Shown piece by piece: positions 63,845 through 64,000 of a DNA stretch of 64,000 nt; the first letter of the stretch is position 1; the number at the start of each line of letters is the position of its first letter. The translations under genes and the position numbers were made by a program. The DNA comes from Octopus sinensis. Lineage: Eukaryota. The stretch is taken from positions 154,628,001-154,692,000 of the forward strand of contig NC_043000.1 in NCBI RefSeq assembly GCF_006345805.1, written 5' to 3'. The notes beneath the pieces are model-generated. The model had not been told where the DNA came from. It saw nothing but the letters and a program-made list of their open reading frames with translations, and did no database searches.

Positions 63845-64000
63845 TTTGGCTTTATGTCTGAGAGAGTTACTACACAAGAAATCTTCAAAGAAATCTGCAA
63901 AGGAAATATTTAGCTAACAGTAAATGATTACAGTTGGCATTTGTAGACTTGGAGAAGACCTTTGGCAGGGTTCCACTGTCAATACTTTTGCTGTCATTAA
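63845..64000 (+). pseudogene. RTE-clade LINE reverse transcriptase fragment (runs off the window)
   Basis: [14 protein letters not shown], then after a frameshift [26 protein letters not shown] (cf. QFGFMPGRSTTDAIF..AFVDLEKAFDRVP). Confidence 0.8.

Overview
AT-rich, microsatellite-saturated eukaryotic DNA (intergenic or a very large intron). I find no credible host protein-coding exon; almost every ORF in the track is a translated simple repeat. The SINE families and repeat landscape look like an Octopus (coleoid cephalopod) genome, which is an inference from family recognition and not a database result. The window holds four abundant SINE families; hAT, piggyBac-like and Helitron non-autonomous elements; decayed LINE fragments (R4/Dong-type in (TAA)n, HERO-like, RTE, CR1-like, Penelope-like); a Tc1/mariner relic; a U2 snRNA 5' fragment; and a near-identical 1.16-kb tandem duplication. 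Two observations stand out. (1) Short cassettes embedded in (TA)n tracts carry type I hammerhead ribozyme folds (clearest at 731-823 and 38086-38159, plus a U3-A8 variant and decayed copies). They are often arranged as head-to-head foldbacks and probably derive from Penelope-like elements. (2) A ~7-kb non-coding array (about 20.7-27.8 kb) of ~80-bp units folds, unit by unit, into a stem with compensatory changes around a bulged GGAGAAC motif. A ~100-bp core of this array is ~97-99% identical in four copies whose flanks have diverged much more. All coordinates and folds were read by eye.
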